NCBI GenBank assembly: GCA_044221725.1
Contig: JBGAON010000001.1
Location: 608,001 to 672,000, forward strand
Direction: 5' to 3'
Source: Elusimicrobiota bacterium
Lineage (GTDB): Bacteria; Elusimicrobiota; Elusimicrobia; F11
DNA: 64,000 bases
Translations under genes and position numbers: made by a program
Shown here: positions 1-9,800 of the stretch, piece after piece
Layout: every line of letters begins with the position of its first letter
How positions within the stretch are numbered: position 1 is the stretch's first letter
Notes under the pieces: model-generated
Databases searched by the model: none
The model's input: the letters and a program-made list of their open reading frames with translations, nothing else
Told to the model about the DNA's origin: nothing

Positions 1-1
1 T

Positions 2-1306
2 TTCCGCGATGTTGCCGGAAAGAAATATCTCGACGGTGTCTCCTCTTTGTGGGTGAATCTTCACGGCCACCGCGTTCCGGCGCTTGACCGCGCGCTCAAG
101 CAGCAAATCGCGCGAATCTCTCATTCCACGTTCCTCGGCCTTTCGCACGCGCCGGCCATACAATTGGCGCGCGAGTTGGCCGCCGCAGCGCCCCGTGGGC
201 TCGTGCGCACGTTCTATTCGGACAATGGGGCCACCGCTGTCGAGGTTGCACTCAAGATGGCCTATCAATATTGGATCGAAAAGGATGGCAACGCGCGGCC
301 AGAATTCTTGGCCGTCGAAGGATCGTATCACGGCGACACGATCGGCGCGGTATCGGTCGGCGGCATCGGTGCGTTCCATTCGAAATTCAAGCCGCTGTTG
401 TTCAAAACAAATTTCGCGATGGCGCCCGCTTGCGTGCGTTGTCCATTTAATAAGACCGGTGTGCGTCAGCGCGCGCGCTGCGGCGAGATAACGAAATTGG
501 TTCCGAAACCGGGGCAGTTTCGCGCGGAAACCGGTTGTCGTTGGGAATGCTTGAAAAGCATCGAAACAATTTTGATATCGAAAAAGAATCGCATCGCGGG
601 GGGAATCGTTGAGCCCGTGATGCAAGGCGCCGGTGGAATGAACGTTCTTCCGCCCGGGTATGTGGCCGGGTTCCGGCGTCTCCTAACGCGGCACAGCGTG
701 CTCATGATCGCCGACGAAGTCGCCACCGGTTTCGGTCGCACGGGCACTCTATTTGCGTCCGAGCAGGAACGCGTTTCTCCGGACATGCTGTGCGTGGCCA
801 AAGCGCTCACCGGCGGTTATACGCCGCTTGCCGCTACATTAACCACCGAAAAAGTCTACCGAGCGTTCCGCGCGCCCTATGAAAAATTCAAAACTTTTTT
901 CCACGGACACAGTTATACAGCGCACCCGCTTGGATGTGCGGTGGCCCGTGCCAATTTGCGGCTGATTGAATCGACGAAACTCCTTGAAAAAACACGTCGG
1001 AAAGCCCATCTTTTGAAGGATGAACTCGAACGTCTGTCCACTCTTGACCACGTCGGAAGTATCCGCCAAGCGGGCCTCATGATTGGTGTGGAATTGGTGG
1101 CCGAAAAGCCAACCATGAAACCTTATGCTTCCGCGTTGCGCATGGGCACCCGTGTTTGCAAGAGGCTGCTGGCCGACGGCATATGGCTTCGGCCTCTGGG
1201 CAATGTGGTGGTCATTATGCCGCCGGCGGTTACGAGCGATGCGGATCTGCGTCGCATCGTGCGCGCGCTTAAGGGCGCAATCCTTCATGAGTGCGGCTCA
1301 ACTTAA
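2..1306 (+). CDS. bioA: Adenosylmethionine-8-amino-7-oxononanoate aminotransferase (5' truncated by window edge)
   Basis: Frame is open from position 2 (FRDVAGKKYLDGVSSLWVNLHGH). Motifs YHGDT, IADEVATGFGRTG, AKALTGGY (PLP lysine), FFHGHSY, RPLGNV. Confidence 0.92.
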   Translation, partial: FRDVAGKKYLDGVSSLWVNLHGHRVPALDRALKQQIARISHSTFLGLSHAPAIQLARELAAAAPRGLVRTFYSDNGATAVEVALKMAYQYWIEKDGNARPEFLAVEGSYHGDTIGAVSVGGIGAFHSKFKPLLFKTNFAMAPACVRCPFNKTGVRQRARCGEITKLVPKPGQFRAETGCRWECLKSIETILISKKNRIAGGIVEPVMQGAGGMNVLPPGYVAGFRRLLTRHSVLMIADEVATGFGRTGTLFASEQERVSPDMLCVAKALTGGYTPLAATLTTEKVYRAFRAPYEKFKTFFHGHSYTAHPLGCAVARANLRLIESTKLLEKTRRKAHLLKDELERLSTLDHVGSIRQAGLMIGVELVAEKPTMKPYASALRMGTRVCKRLLADGIWLRPLGNVVVIMPPAVTSDADLRRIVRALKGAILHECGST

Positions 1307-2396
1307 CCAACTGTTCGTCATCCTCGCTGTTGCGATGACGATTGTGGGTTTCGCGGTCGTCGGAATGCTGCACGGCAAACTCACCGCGCTCACCGTTCGA
1401 CGGAACGTGCAACAAGACGACGTTGCCAAGCAGAGCCGTTTGTTGCAGCAAGAAATTGCGTTTTACGAGGACCGTAAAACCGTCCTCGCGAAGCACGCGT
1501 CCCAGCGGCGCGTATTGTCGGAAGCCGCGCGCGGTTTTGGTGCGCTGCTCGATCCCTCGGCGATTCAAGAGAAGCTCATTCAAATATCTCGCATATTGTT
1601 TCCTTCTCAGCCGGTCATGATCTCCTACGGCCAAAAACCCGATGCGGCCGATGCGTACGTGGTGGAGCGGCGCCAACCTTTGATGGTTCCGAGCGATGCC
1701 ATGAAGGGCGTACCGATGTTGGCGGTGCCGGTGTCGGCGCAGCAATCGGTGGTTGGAATCTTGCGGGTTGGGGGCGACGGTCAGGCACCGAATGGGGGAT
1801 ACAGTCGCGACGACCTACGGCTATTGGAAATTCTTGCGAACTTGGCGTCGCTTGCGATGGACAACTGCGTACTCTTTCATCAAGTGCAGCAAACGGCGCT
1901 GCGCGATAATCTGACGGGACTCCTCACCAACCGTGCGTTCCAGGCGGAGCTCGAGCAGGCGGTGTTGGAGGCCAGCCGTTACGGCCAGCCGCTGTCGCTG
2001 ATCTTGGCCGACGTGGACCATTTCAAATTGGTGAATGACACGCACGGACATCAGGCCGGCGATCAAATTCTTCAAGGCGTCGCGCACGTCTTGGATCAAA
2101 ACGCGCGGCCCGTGGACATCATTGCGCGCTATGGCGGCGAAGAATTTGCGATTTTGCTTTTGCAAACCCCGCACCGCGAAGCGGTTCAGATGGCCGAACA
2201 GATTCGGCGCGAAATTGGCCAGCAAGTTTTTGATCTCGGAGGTCAGCGAACGTTGTCGATCACGAGCAGTTTCGGGGTCGCCACGTTTCCCGAGGATGCT
2301 ACGAGCGGTCAGCAGTTGTTTCGCCAAGCCGATCAGCGCCTCTACAAGGCGAAAGCCGGTGGGCGTAACCAAGTGCAAGCGCGGCCGGAACGATGA
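1287..2396 (+). CDS. Membrane-anchored GAF-GGDEF diguanylate cyclase
   Basis: ATG at 1287 overlaps the bioA end. N-terminal hydrophobic helix, GAF-like segment, DNLTGL, DVDHFKLVNDTHGH, RYGGEEF, I-site RPVD. Confidence 0.9.
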   Translation: MSAAQLNQLFVILAVAMTIVGFAVVGMLHGKLTALTVRRNVQQDDVAKQSRLLQQEIAFYEDRKTVLAKHASQRRVLSEAARGFGALLDPSAIQEKLIQISRILFPSQPVMISYGQKPDAADAYVVERRQPLMVPSDAMKGVPMLAVPVSAQQSVVGILRVGGDGQAPNGGYSRDDLRLLEILANLASLAMDNCVLFHQVQQTALRDNLTGLLTNRAFQAELEQAVLEASRYGQPLSLILADVDHFKLVNDTHGHQAGDQILQGVAHVLDQNARPVDIIARYGGEEFAILLLQTPHREAVQMAEQIRREIGQQVFDLGGQRTLSITSSFGVATFPEDATSGQQLFRQADQRLYKAKAGGRNQVQARPER

Positions 2397-3508
2397 GCGG
2401 AATTTTTTTGCCAGCCTACGTCGGAATCGTGACGGTTGCGATTCTCGTCTATGTGATTGTGATTCGAATCAAAATGAGCCGCCTGCAACAAGCGCTCGCT
2501 GGCGGTGACCGAGCACACTTCGATGAGTTGAAGAAAAGGCACATGGTCTTAAAAGACTCCGTGGCGATCGCGGAGCGCGAGGAACAGCGTTCGCTCCAAA
2601 TTTACGGGGTCGCAAAATCACTGGCCGAATCGCTCTCTTGGAAGGATATGGCACCGCGGTTGTCGCAGGGAATTCAGAAGATCTTCGGTGCCTATGAATT
2701 TTTGTTGTACGCGCGGGAGGAATCCGGACACTGGACACAGCTGCAGCGACGCGGCAATTGGAGCAAAGAACCTCCCGTATCCGATATCGATCGGGCGCTG
2801 CCCGGTTTCCTGCACGCGCCACAGGTACAAGAAATTGTGCCAATTCAGCTCGTGCCCGTTTATTCGGACGTGGGCGGGACGCGGCGACAAACCGGAGCGC
2901 TCTTTTTGAAATCCGATAAGAACGCTTCGCAGGAAAACTTGGACGCGGCCGAGGAATTCGGCGCGCAGTTGGGCGTGGCGTTGTCGAAGGCGCTTCTGTT
3001 CAATCAAATGGAAATGCATTCGCGCCAAGACGGATTGACAGGGACATTGCGACGTCAGGCGTTCATGGACCGGCTGAACGAAGAATTGAAACGCGCCGCT
3101 GCGTTTCGAACACCGTTCAGCTTGCTGATGGTCGACATTGACCATTTTAAAGCCGTGAACGATGGGCACGGTCACGCGGCCGGCGACGCCGTGCTAGCGC
3201 GCGTTGGCGAAATATTAAAGGAATCGTTCTATGAGACCGATGTGGTGGGTCGCTACGGTGGAGAAGAGTTTATTGTTCTTTTGCCTCGCGCCGATGCGAT
3301 CGGCGTCGTTCGCAAAGCCGAAGCGCTGCGGCAACGTTTTGAATCGGAGATTATTCCATCAGGATTTGAAAATTTGAAGATCACCGTGAGCATCGGGCTC
3401 GCTCATTTCTCGAAGGATGGGAAAACCGGGGAAGACCTTATTGCATCCGCCGACCGTGCTTTGTACCGAGCCAAACAAACCGGCCGCAACCGCGTTGTAG
3501 CGGCTTAA
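2393..3508 (+). CDS. Membrane-anchored GAF-GGDEF diguanylate cyclase
   Basis: ATGA overlap with the previous gene. TM helix, DGLTG, DIDHFKAVNDGHGH, RYGGEEF; YETD at the I-site position. Confidence 0.9.
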   Translation: MSGIFLPAYVGIVTVAILVYVIVIRIKMSRLQQALAGGDRAHFDELKKRHMVLKDSVAIAEREEQRSLQIYGVAKSLAESLSWKDMAPRLSQGIQKIFGAYEFLLYAREESGHWTQLQRRGNWSKEPPVSDIDRALPGFLHAPQVQEIVPIQLVPVYSDVGGTRRQTGALFLKSDKNASQENLDAAEEFGAQLGVALSKALLFNQMEMHSRQDGLTGTLRRQAFMDRLNEELKRAAAFRTPFSLLMVDIDHFKAVNDGHGHAAGDAVLARVGEILKESFYETDVVGRYGGEEFIVLLPRADAIGVVRKAEALRQRFESEIIPSGFENLKITVSIGLAHFSKDGKTGEDLIASADRALYRAKQTGRNRVVAA

Positions 3509-3861
3509 CGTTCCTCGTCAAACTTACCGAAGAAATTCTGAAAACCCGCGAGCACCGCTTTTGTTGCGATAGGAAAAACTTGCTTAATAATGAGAGCACC
3601 GACCAAACCCATGATACGACCGGTCCAACCGCCCTTTTTCTTGCTCGAGGTCACAGCGCCGAAAATTTGCCGGCCGAACTTGAATGCCGCGATGCCGGAG
3701 AATATACCGCCAAGAATCCAACCCGGGTGTTTGAGAAAATTCATTGGTGATACGTGTGAAAGCGCTGCATCGCGTAGACCAGCGGTGCTGTCGTGCAGAC
3801 GTTTCTTTTTGATTTCGGTGTCGGATTTAAGTTCGGAGATTCGGATTGGGGGGAAGATCAT
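3505..3861 (-). CDS. Small membrane protein (YqjK-like position)
   Basis: 118 aa with two hydrophobic stretches; 4-nt overlap with the upstream holin-like gene. Confidence 0.55.
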   Translation of the reverse strand: MIFPPIRISELKSDTEIKKKRLHDSTAGLRDAALSHVSPMNFLKHPGWILGGIFSGIAAFKFGRQIFGAVTSSKKKGGWTGRIMGLVGALIIKQVFPIATKAVLAGFQNFFGKFDEER

Positions 3862-4196
3862 GACGAGAGTCGGCTTAGCCAGCGTGCCACATACCCGCCC
3901 AAGCCGAGACTAATCACCCCATAGACCGCCCCGATAATAAGGAGGGACCACGCGGCGGAACCGGTCACGTGCGAAAGCCAGATGCCAAAAGCAATGCTCA
4001 CCAACACAAATGCGGTAAGGCCCGACACGATCGCGAAGAAAATCATCAGCACGAACATAAGGCTCGATAGCGCCATCGCTGTCATCTGGGCTTGCAGCAA
4101 GCGTAACACGCTGGCCGCGTAATCGATCGCGTCGCGCACGACGCGGCGTAGTTGATCGATCAGTGAACCCGTTTGGTTGGAGGACTCTTCCTTCAT
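3858..4196 (-). CDS. Phage-holin-family / YqjE-like 2-TM protein
   Basis: Amphipathic N-terminal helix then two TM segments; AGGA upstream of the start. Confidence 0.65.
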   Translation of the reverse strand: MKEESSNQTGSLIDQLRRVVRDAIDYAASVLRLLQAQMTAMALSSLMFVLMIFFAIVSGLTAFVLVSIAFGIWLSHVTGSAAWSLLIIGAVYGVISLGLGGYVARWLSRLSS

Positions 4197-4277
4197 ATTC
4201 CTGTGTATAGTATAGCTTTGGAAAATCAGATAACATGATTTTTCTTCAGAACAAAATCCCGAGAAAAGGACACGAAC

Positions 4278-4895
4278 ATGAAAAAGTTTCCGCTTTTGAT
4301 GTTGGCCTCAGCGTTGGTGGTTTCAATTCCATTTTCTTCCTTTGCCGAATCAAAAAAGGAGAAAACTCCCGCCATGACAAAGACGTCGCAGAACCCAACC
4401 GCCGTATTTGAAACGAGCCTTGGTAATTTTACCGTCGAACTGTTCCAGCAAGATGCGCCGAAGACCGTCGAGAACTTCGTTGGTCTAGCGAAGGGAACAA
4501 AAGAGTTCACGGACCCTAAAACCGGCTTGAAAGTGAAACGCCCGTTGTACAACGGACTTGTTTTTCACCGCGTCATTCCGGACTTCATGATCCAAGGTGG
4601 CGATCCTCTCGGCAATGGCACCGGCGGTCCGGGCTATCAGTTCGAAGATGAATTTAATTCGCCGCGCACGTTCGACAAACCCGGAATTTTGGCCATGGCC
4701 AATGCAGGACCAAACACCAATGGCAGCCAATTCTTCATTACCGTTGCCGCAACGCCGTGGCTGAACAAGCATCACACAATTTTTGGTCAGGTTACACAGG
4801 GCTATGACGTCGTCGAAAAAATCAGCAAAGTTCAACGCGACGGGAACGATCGGCCGCTGACGCCGGTTACAATCACGAAAGTCACCATTAAATAA
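4278..4895 (+). CDS. Cyclophilin-type peptidyl-prolyl cis-trans isomerase with signal peptide
   Basis: [38 protein letters not shown]. Confidence 0.95.
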   Translation: MKKFPLLMLASALVVSIPFSSFAESKKEKTPAMTKTSQNPTAVFETSLGNFTVELFQQDAPKTVENFVGLAKGTKEFTDPKTGLKVKRPLYNGLVFHRVIPDFMIQGGDPLGNGTGGPGYQFEDEFNSPRTFDKPGILAMANAGPNTNGSQFFITVAATPWLNKHHTIFGQVTQGYDVVEKISKVQRDGNDRPLTPVTITKVTIK

Positions 4896-4905
4896 GGAGA
4901 GTTTT

Positions 4906-5487
4906 ATGAGCTTAGTTCAAAAATCAGCACCAGAATTCAAAGGGAAAGCCGTGGTTGGTCACGAATTCCGTGATATCTCGCTTTCGCAATACAAAGGGAA
5001 ATGGGCCATTCTTTTTTTCTATCCGCTCGATTTCACGTTTGTTTGTCCGACCGAAATTGTCGACTTTTCCGACAAAGTAGAGGAATTTAAGAAGTTAAAT
5101 GCCGAAATAATCGGTTGTTCCGTCGATAGCCATTACACCCACCTTGCCTGGATTAACACGCCTAGAAAAGAAGGCGGCTTGGGCGAAATCAAATATCCGC
5201 TGCTTTCCGACCTGAATAAAGATATCGCCCGTGATTATGGCGTTCTTGCGGACGGTGGTCTCGCACTGCGCGGTCTTTTCATCATTAATCCGAAGGGTCA
5301 AATCGTATATGAAGTGGTACACGACCTCGCCGTCGGTCGGAATCCGGATGAAACTTTAAGGGTACTCGCTGCGTTCCAACAGGTGGAGAAAACAGGCGAA
5401 GTTTGCCCTTCCAGCTGGAAACCAGGCGCGAAAACAATGAAGGCTGACCCCGTCGGAGCGAAAGAATACTTCGCGGGCGTGAAATAG
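4906..5487 (+). CDS. ahpC: Typical 2-Cys peroxiredoxin
   Basis: [13 protein letters not shown] peroxidatic motif and GEVCP resolving Cys; SD AAGGAG. Confidence 0.93.
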   Translation: MSLVQKSAPEFKGKAVVGHEFRDISLSQYKGKWAILFFYPLDFTFVCPTEIVDFSDKVEEFKKLNAEIIGCSVDSHYTHLAWINTPRKEGGLGEIKYPLLSDLNKDIARDYGVLADGGLALRGLFIINPKGQIVYEVVHDLAVGRNPDETLRVLAAFQQVEKTGEVCPSSWKPGAKTMKADPVGAKEYFAGVK

Positions 5488-5519
5488 ATTAAGCATTAAA
5501 ATTTTTTAGGAGGTGCATT

Positions 5520-5549
5520 ATGGGTCCGAAAAGTCCTTGCGGGTGCTAA
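5520..5549 (+). CDS. Putative 9-aa peptide MGPKSPCGC
   Basis: SD AGGAGGT at 5508-5514, 5 nt before ATG; lies between the ahpC stop and the terminator. Confidence 0.5.
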   Translation: MGPKSPCGC

Positions 5550-5570
5550 ACCCCCAATAGAATTACCACC

Positions 5571-5617
5571 GAAACGGCCTTCTCGCTGAATGATTGGCGA
5601 GAGGGCCGTTTCTTTTT
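5571..5617 (+). terminator. Rho-independent terminator
   Basis: GAAACGGCCTTCTCGC / GCGAGAGGGCCGTTTC stem followed by TTTTT. Confidence 0.85.
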
Positions 5618-5645
5618 GTTCTAACACCGAGTAAGATCACGTTTT

Positions 5646-6839
5646 ATGAGGATTCCCGCATTTGTCGTTTGTTCCGCGCTGCTTTTGACCTCCGTTGCGC
5701 TCGCGGCCAGCGAGCAAATTCCTCCGTTGCCTGGGTATGTGGTTCATTTCGATTTTTTTGAAAACGAGCAGGAAGGAAAAGATCTCATCCATTTCGCGAA
5801 GAGTGCCGGCGCTAAGGTCATAAACCTCGTCCCGCCGGCTCACGTCTGGGAACGCCCCGACGTTTTGTCCGTGTTGGACAACCTTGTTCAATACATTGCG
5901 GATTCGGATCTCAAGTTGGTTATCACACGCATTGACGCTTCGTACCTTCCCGACCGCCACGGTCGACGCGAAAACTACCTTTACAAGAATATTTTGAATC
6001 GGCCCGGCGTCCTTTCCGATGGGCGAGCGACAAACAGTTGGTTTCTCTCGACGGTGGGCGTTCAATCCTACGATCAATGGATGGAAGACGAAACCCGGTT
6101 CTATGCGAAGCGCTACAGTTACTTGTTGAATTTGATTGGGTTTAATCTCGGACCGTTTAGCGAACCGTTTGTTTCCCAGCGCGGAGGATTTCTTCAGTAC
6201 GACGCAACAACAGGGTTCTATGAATTAACACAATACACCGCCGAGGCCAAAGCGTTGTGCGGAACGTCGTCGCCGACGCGGCAGCAATTGGCGCGGACAA
6301 TAAATGATTGGTTCGTCGGGCGATACGAAGCCTGCCGGAAAATCTGGAAAACAGAATCCGACCGCAAAGATGTTCCGTTTATCCTGCAATTTAGCGGGTT
6401 TGATGAAGAGAAATTTAAGCTGGGCTATCCGGAATACGCGGCATTTAACCGGATGGATTGGGTGTCGCGCGCGGACGCGATCGGGCTATCAATTTACCTT
6501 AACGGAGGATACGCTGATTTGGGGCGGTCGTCGATTGAGGCGATGGTCCGCCATCTGCAGACGGATTATAATTTTCGTAAGCGCGTTTTTGTTCTGGAAG
6601 GCGGCGTCGAAAATCCAACACCGGTTTTTGACAAGGAAAATATCTCGTATTTCGCTACCATTGCGCTACCCCTAAAACCTGTCACTTATATTTACGAATT
6701 CTTAAAGGATCCTTTTTATGCAGATAACGAACCGAATTCCGGCCGCCTTCTCAAAAGCGATGGTACGCCACGCGCTGACCTTGTTCGTTTCCTAAAGAAA
6801 AAGATGAAAGATGTCCGCAAACGTGCAACGCCTACGTAA
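5646..6839 (+). CDS. Secreted protein, possible glycoside-hydrolase-like TIM barrel
   Basis: Signal peptide, aromatic-rich alternating beta/alpha pattern; first gene of the polysaccharide cluster. Confidence 0.55.
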   Translation: MRIPAFVVCSALLLTSVALAASEQIPPLPGYVVHFDFFENEQEGKDLIHFAKSAGAKVINLVPPAHVWERPDVLSVLDNLVQYIADSDLKLVITRIDASYLPDRHGRRENYLYKNILNRPGVLSDGRATNSWFLSTVGVQSYDQWMEDETRFYAKRYSYLLNLIGFNLGPFSEPFVSQRGGFLQYDATTGFYELTQYTAEAKALCGTSSPTRQQLARTINDWFVGRYEACRKIWKTESDRKDVPFILQFSGFDEEKFKLGYPEYAAFNRMDWVSRADAIGLSIYLNGGYADLGRSSIEAMVRHLQTDYNFRKRVFVLEGGVENPTPVFDKENISYFATIALPLKPVTYIYEFLKDPFYADNEPNSGRLLKSDGTPRADLVRFLKKKMKDVRKRATPT

Positions 6840-9800
6840 ACACCTCTCTGTTACTTTTCTTTCGATCCTATTTACGACCGCCGCGTTCGGTGCACCGACC
6901 TGGCTCGATTCGGTCTCGAAAGGACCATCGGTTCTCGTTCTGTACGACGGTCCGGATATCGAAAGCAACCCCGGTCGTCTCGACGCAAATTATCTCGCCA
7001 ATCTGCTCGGTCATTTCACAGCGCATCGATCGGTAAGGTCGCTCGACGCTTATACGCCGGGGGAACTTAAGGCGTTTGATGTCGTCTTCACAATCGTCTA
7101 TCAGAAGAAATACCGCGTCCCACAAAATTTTCTCAATGATGTGGCCACCGGCGGAAAGCCTTTTTGTTGGCTCGGCAACCAAGTGGGGCAGCTGAACCGC
7201 GTTGGAATGCTTGAACGTCACGGACTGAGATTTGATCGATTCTTTGAAAATTCTCCGGCGCGGAACGTTATCTATAAAAGCCGCACGCTCGTTAAAGGTG
7301 ATCCGGATATCAATCTGTTGAAGATCGTCGATTCGGCAAAGGTGAATGTTCTTGCGAATGCCACCGGCGCGAATGGGTGGACCGCGCCCTATATTTTGCG
7401 CGACCGAGATTTCTGGATTGTGACCGATTCACCGTTCTCTTATTCGAGCGAGAACGATCGGTATCTCGCGTTCGCCGACGTGTTGCATGACATTCTTGGT
7501 GTTAACCATCCAGAAGGCCATTCGGCGTTGCTTCGGCTTGAGGATCTGAATCCAATGTCGGACCCGGAGCAGCTGAACGCCATGTTGCGTGTCATTCGCT
7601 CGAATCGAATTCCGTTTTCGTTTGGCATGGTTCCTTTTTATGTGAATCCGGCGCAGCATCTGTTTGAACCGATGGGCGAACGTCCTCTTGTCGTGCAAGC
7701 ATTAAAAGACATGGTTGATGCCGGCGGTTCGCCAGTGTTGCATGGCGACACGCATCAATACCGCGGCGTGACGACAGACGACTACGAGTTTTGGGACAAC
7801 ATCGCCGATCGCGCGGTCAAGCGAGATTCCGATCCGTACGTCGTGCGAAAACTTGAAGACGCGCTTAAAGAATGCGTGCTCACGGAGCTTTACCCGGTCA
7901 CCTGGGAAACCCCGCATTATGCTGCATCGGCTCTCGACTACCACGTGTTCAAGCGATTTTTTGGCACCACGTACGAGCGTCGACTCACGTCCAATCGGTT
8001 GGGATCGGACCAGTTTTTCCCCTATCCCGTCATCGACATGACCGGCCAATTCGTGATTCCCGAAAGTCTTGGATATGTCCAAATCGAAAATCCGCGCGTG
8101 GAACCGCTGTTGGCGAACGCCGAAGCGGCGCTGGTTGTGCGCGACGGGTACGCAAGTTTTTTCTTCCATCCATTCCTTAAGCCACAGTTGCTAAACACGC
8201 TGATCAACGGCATTGAGAACATGGGTTACAAGTTCGTGAGCTTGGCCGAATTTCCGAACCGTGTGCAACACAAAGGCTATCTGACGACGAATGTGAACGG
8301 CGACTACACGCTGGGCGGAGATGGTCGGTACGTAACCGAAATCGTTCGGAGCAAAAAAGGAGGTGTCCTCAGCCAAAAAACGAAGGAAGTGTCACCCAAA
8401 GACCGTGTGCAACTGAAAGTGGTCCTACGGCCTGGCGAGACTTATGTGGCCTACCGGCACGCGGTTCGAGCGCCAAATTTGGTGGAGCGATTGTTCCGCT
8501 TGGCGAAAGGCGATCTGAGCGTGATCAATCAGCGTTGGGAAAATCTTTTTGCGTCCGAAGAGTTTCCCGAAGATCGCACGGTTGCGCTGTTCTGGAACGA
8601 TGCGGCCAAAGGCGACGAGGCGATTGATCAAAAAAGTTTTGACACGATGCTTCAGGTTGTTGGTTACGAGGTGAACCGGGTATCAATTCGCTCCATTCAG
8701 GATCAGGAAATTGGCAAGTTCTCACTGCTTGTGATACCGGCGGCATCCGCACGCCATCTGGGAGCGAAAGATGTGGAAGCGATCTACCGAGCGGTCGAGG
8801 CGGGGATTGTGCTTGTCACCGATGGGGAATCGGCATTGTCCAAAGCGCTTGGTTTCGAAATGGGCCACGACATTCGCGTAAATTTCGTCCAAAACCATTT
8901 GTTTCCCACGCAGGAACTGCGCTGGCCCGACACTCCGTCCGTGCCATGGATTGCTCACGTTTCCGATGAGAACGATGTCGTTTTGTTCTCGGAACGGGAG
9001 GATCAGAGGCCGCTCGTTGTAAATCGTTCGCTCGGCGAAGGCCGTGTGCTCTTTTTCGCGCCGTACTTTGATGCCTTGTCGGGTGAGGGATACAGTCGTT
9101 TTCCGGATGTGCCGTATCTGCTCGTAAACGAGTTTCGCGTGCGGCCCATTTTGCGACGCGCCGCGGCCGAGGCCTATTTTGATCCAGGATATCGGCAAAA
9201 TATCAGTGTTGAACAGCTCGGGCGCTATTGGCGCAAGTACGGAATTCGGGTCATTCACGTGGCGGCGTGGCATTTTTACGACAAGTATTCGTACGATTAC
9301 GAACGACTGATTCGTGTCGCCCATCAAAACGGAATTCTCGTGTACGCGTGGTTCGAGTGGCCGCACGTGAGCCAAAAATTTTGGAATCAGCACCCGGAGT
9401 GGCGCGAAAAGAACGCGCTGTTGGCCGACGCGCACCTGGATTGGCGTTACTTAATGAATTTTCAGAACCCAAAATGCTTTGAGGCCGTGGTCGGCGATGC
9501 GAAACTATTGCTTTCAAAGCTCGATTGGGACGGCGTAAACCTCGCGGAGTTTCATTTTGAGGCGGGTTCTTCACCGCAGGATGCCAGCAAATTTACGCCG
9601 CTTAACAACGAATCGCGTGCATTGTTCGAAAAAGAATACGGTTTTGATCCACTCGAGCTTTGGAAAAATGGATCGCCAAATTCTTTGACGACAAACGACG
9701 CTGCGTTGCAAAAATTTTACGCGTTCCGCAAAGATCAAAATCACATTTTATTTCGCAAGATTGCCAGGGAACTGCAGCAGGTTCGGAACGATAAATCAAA

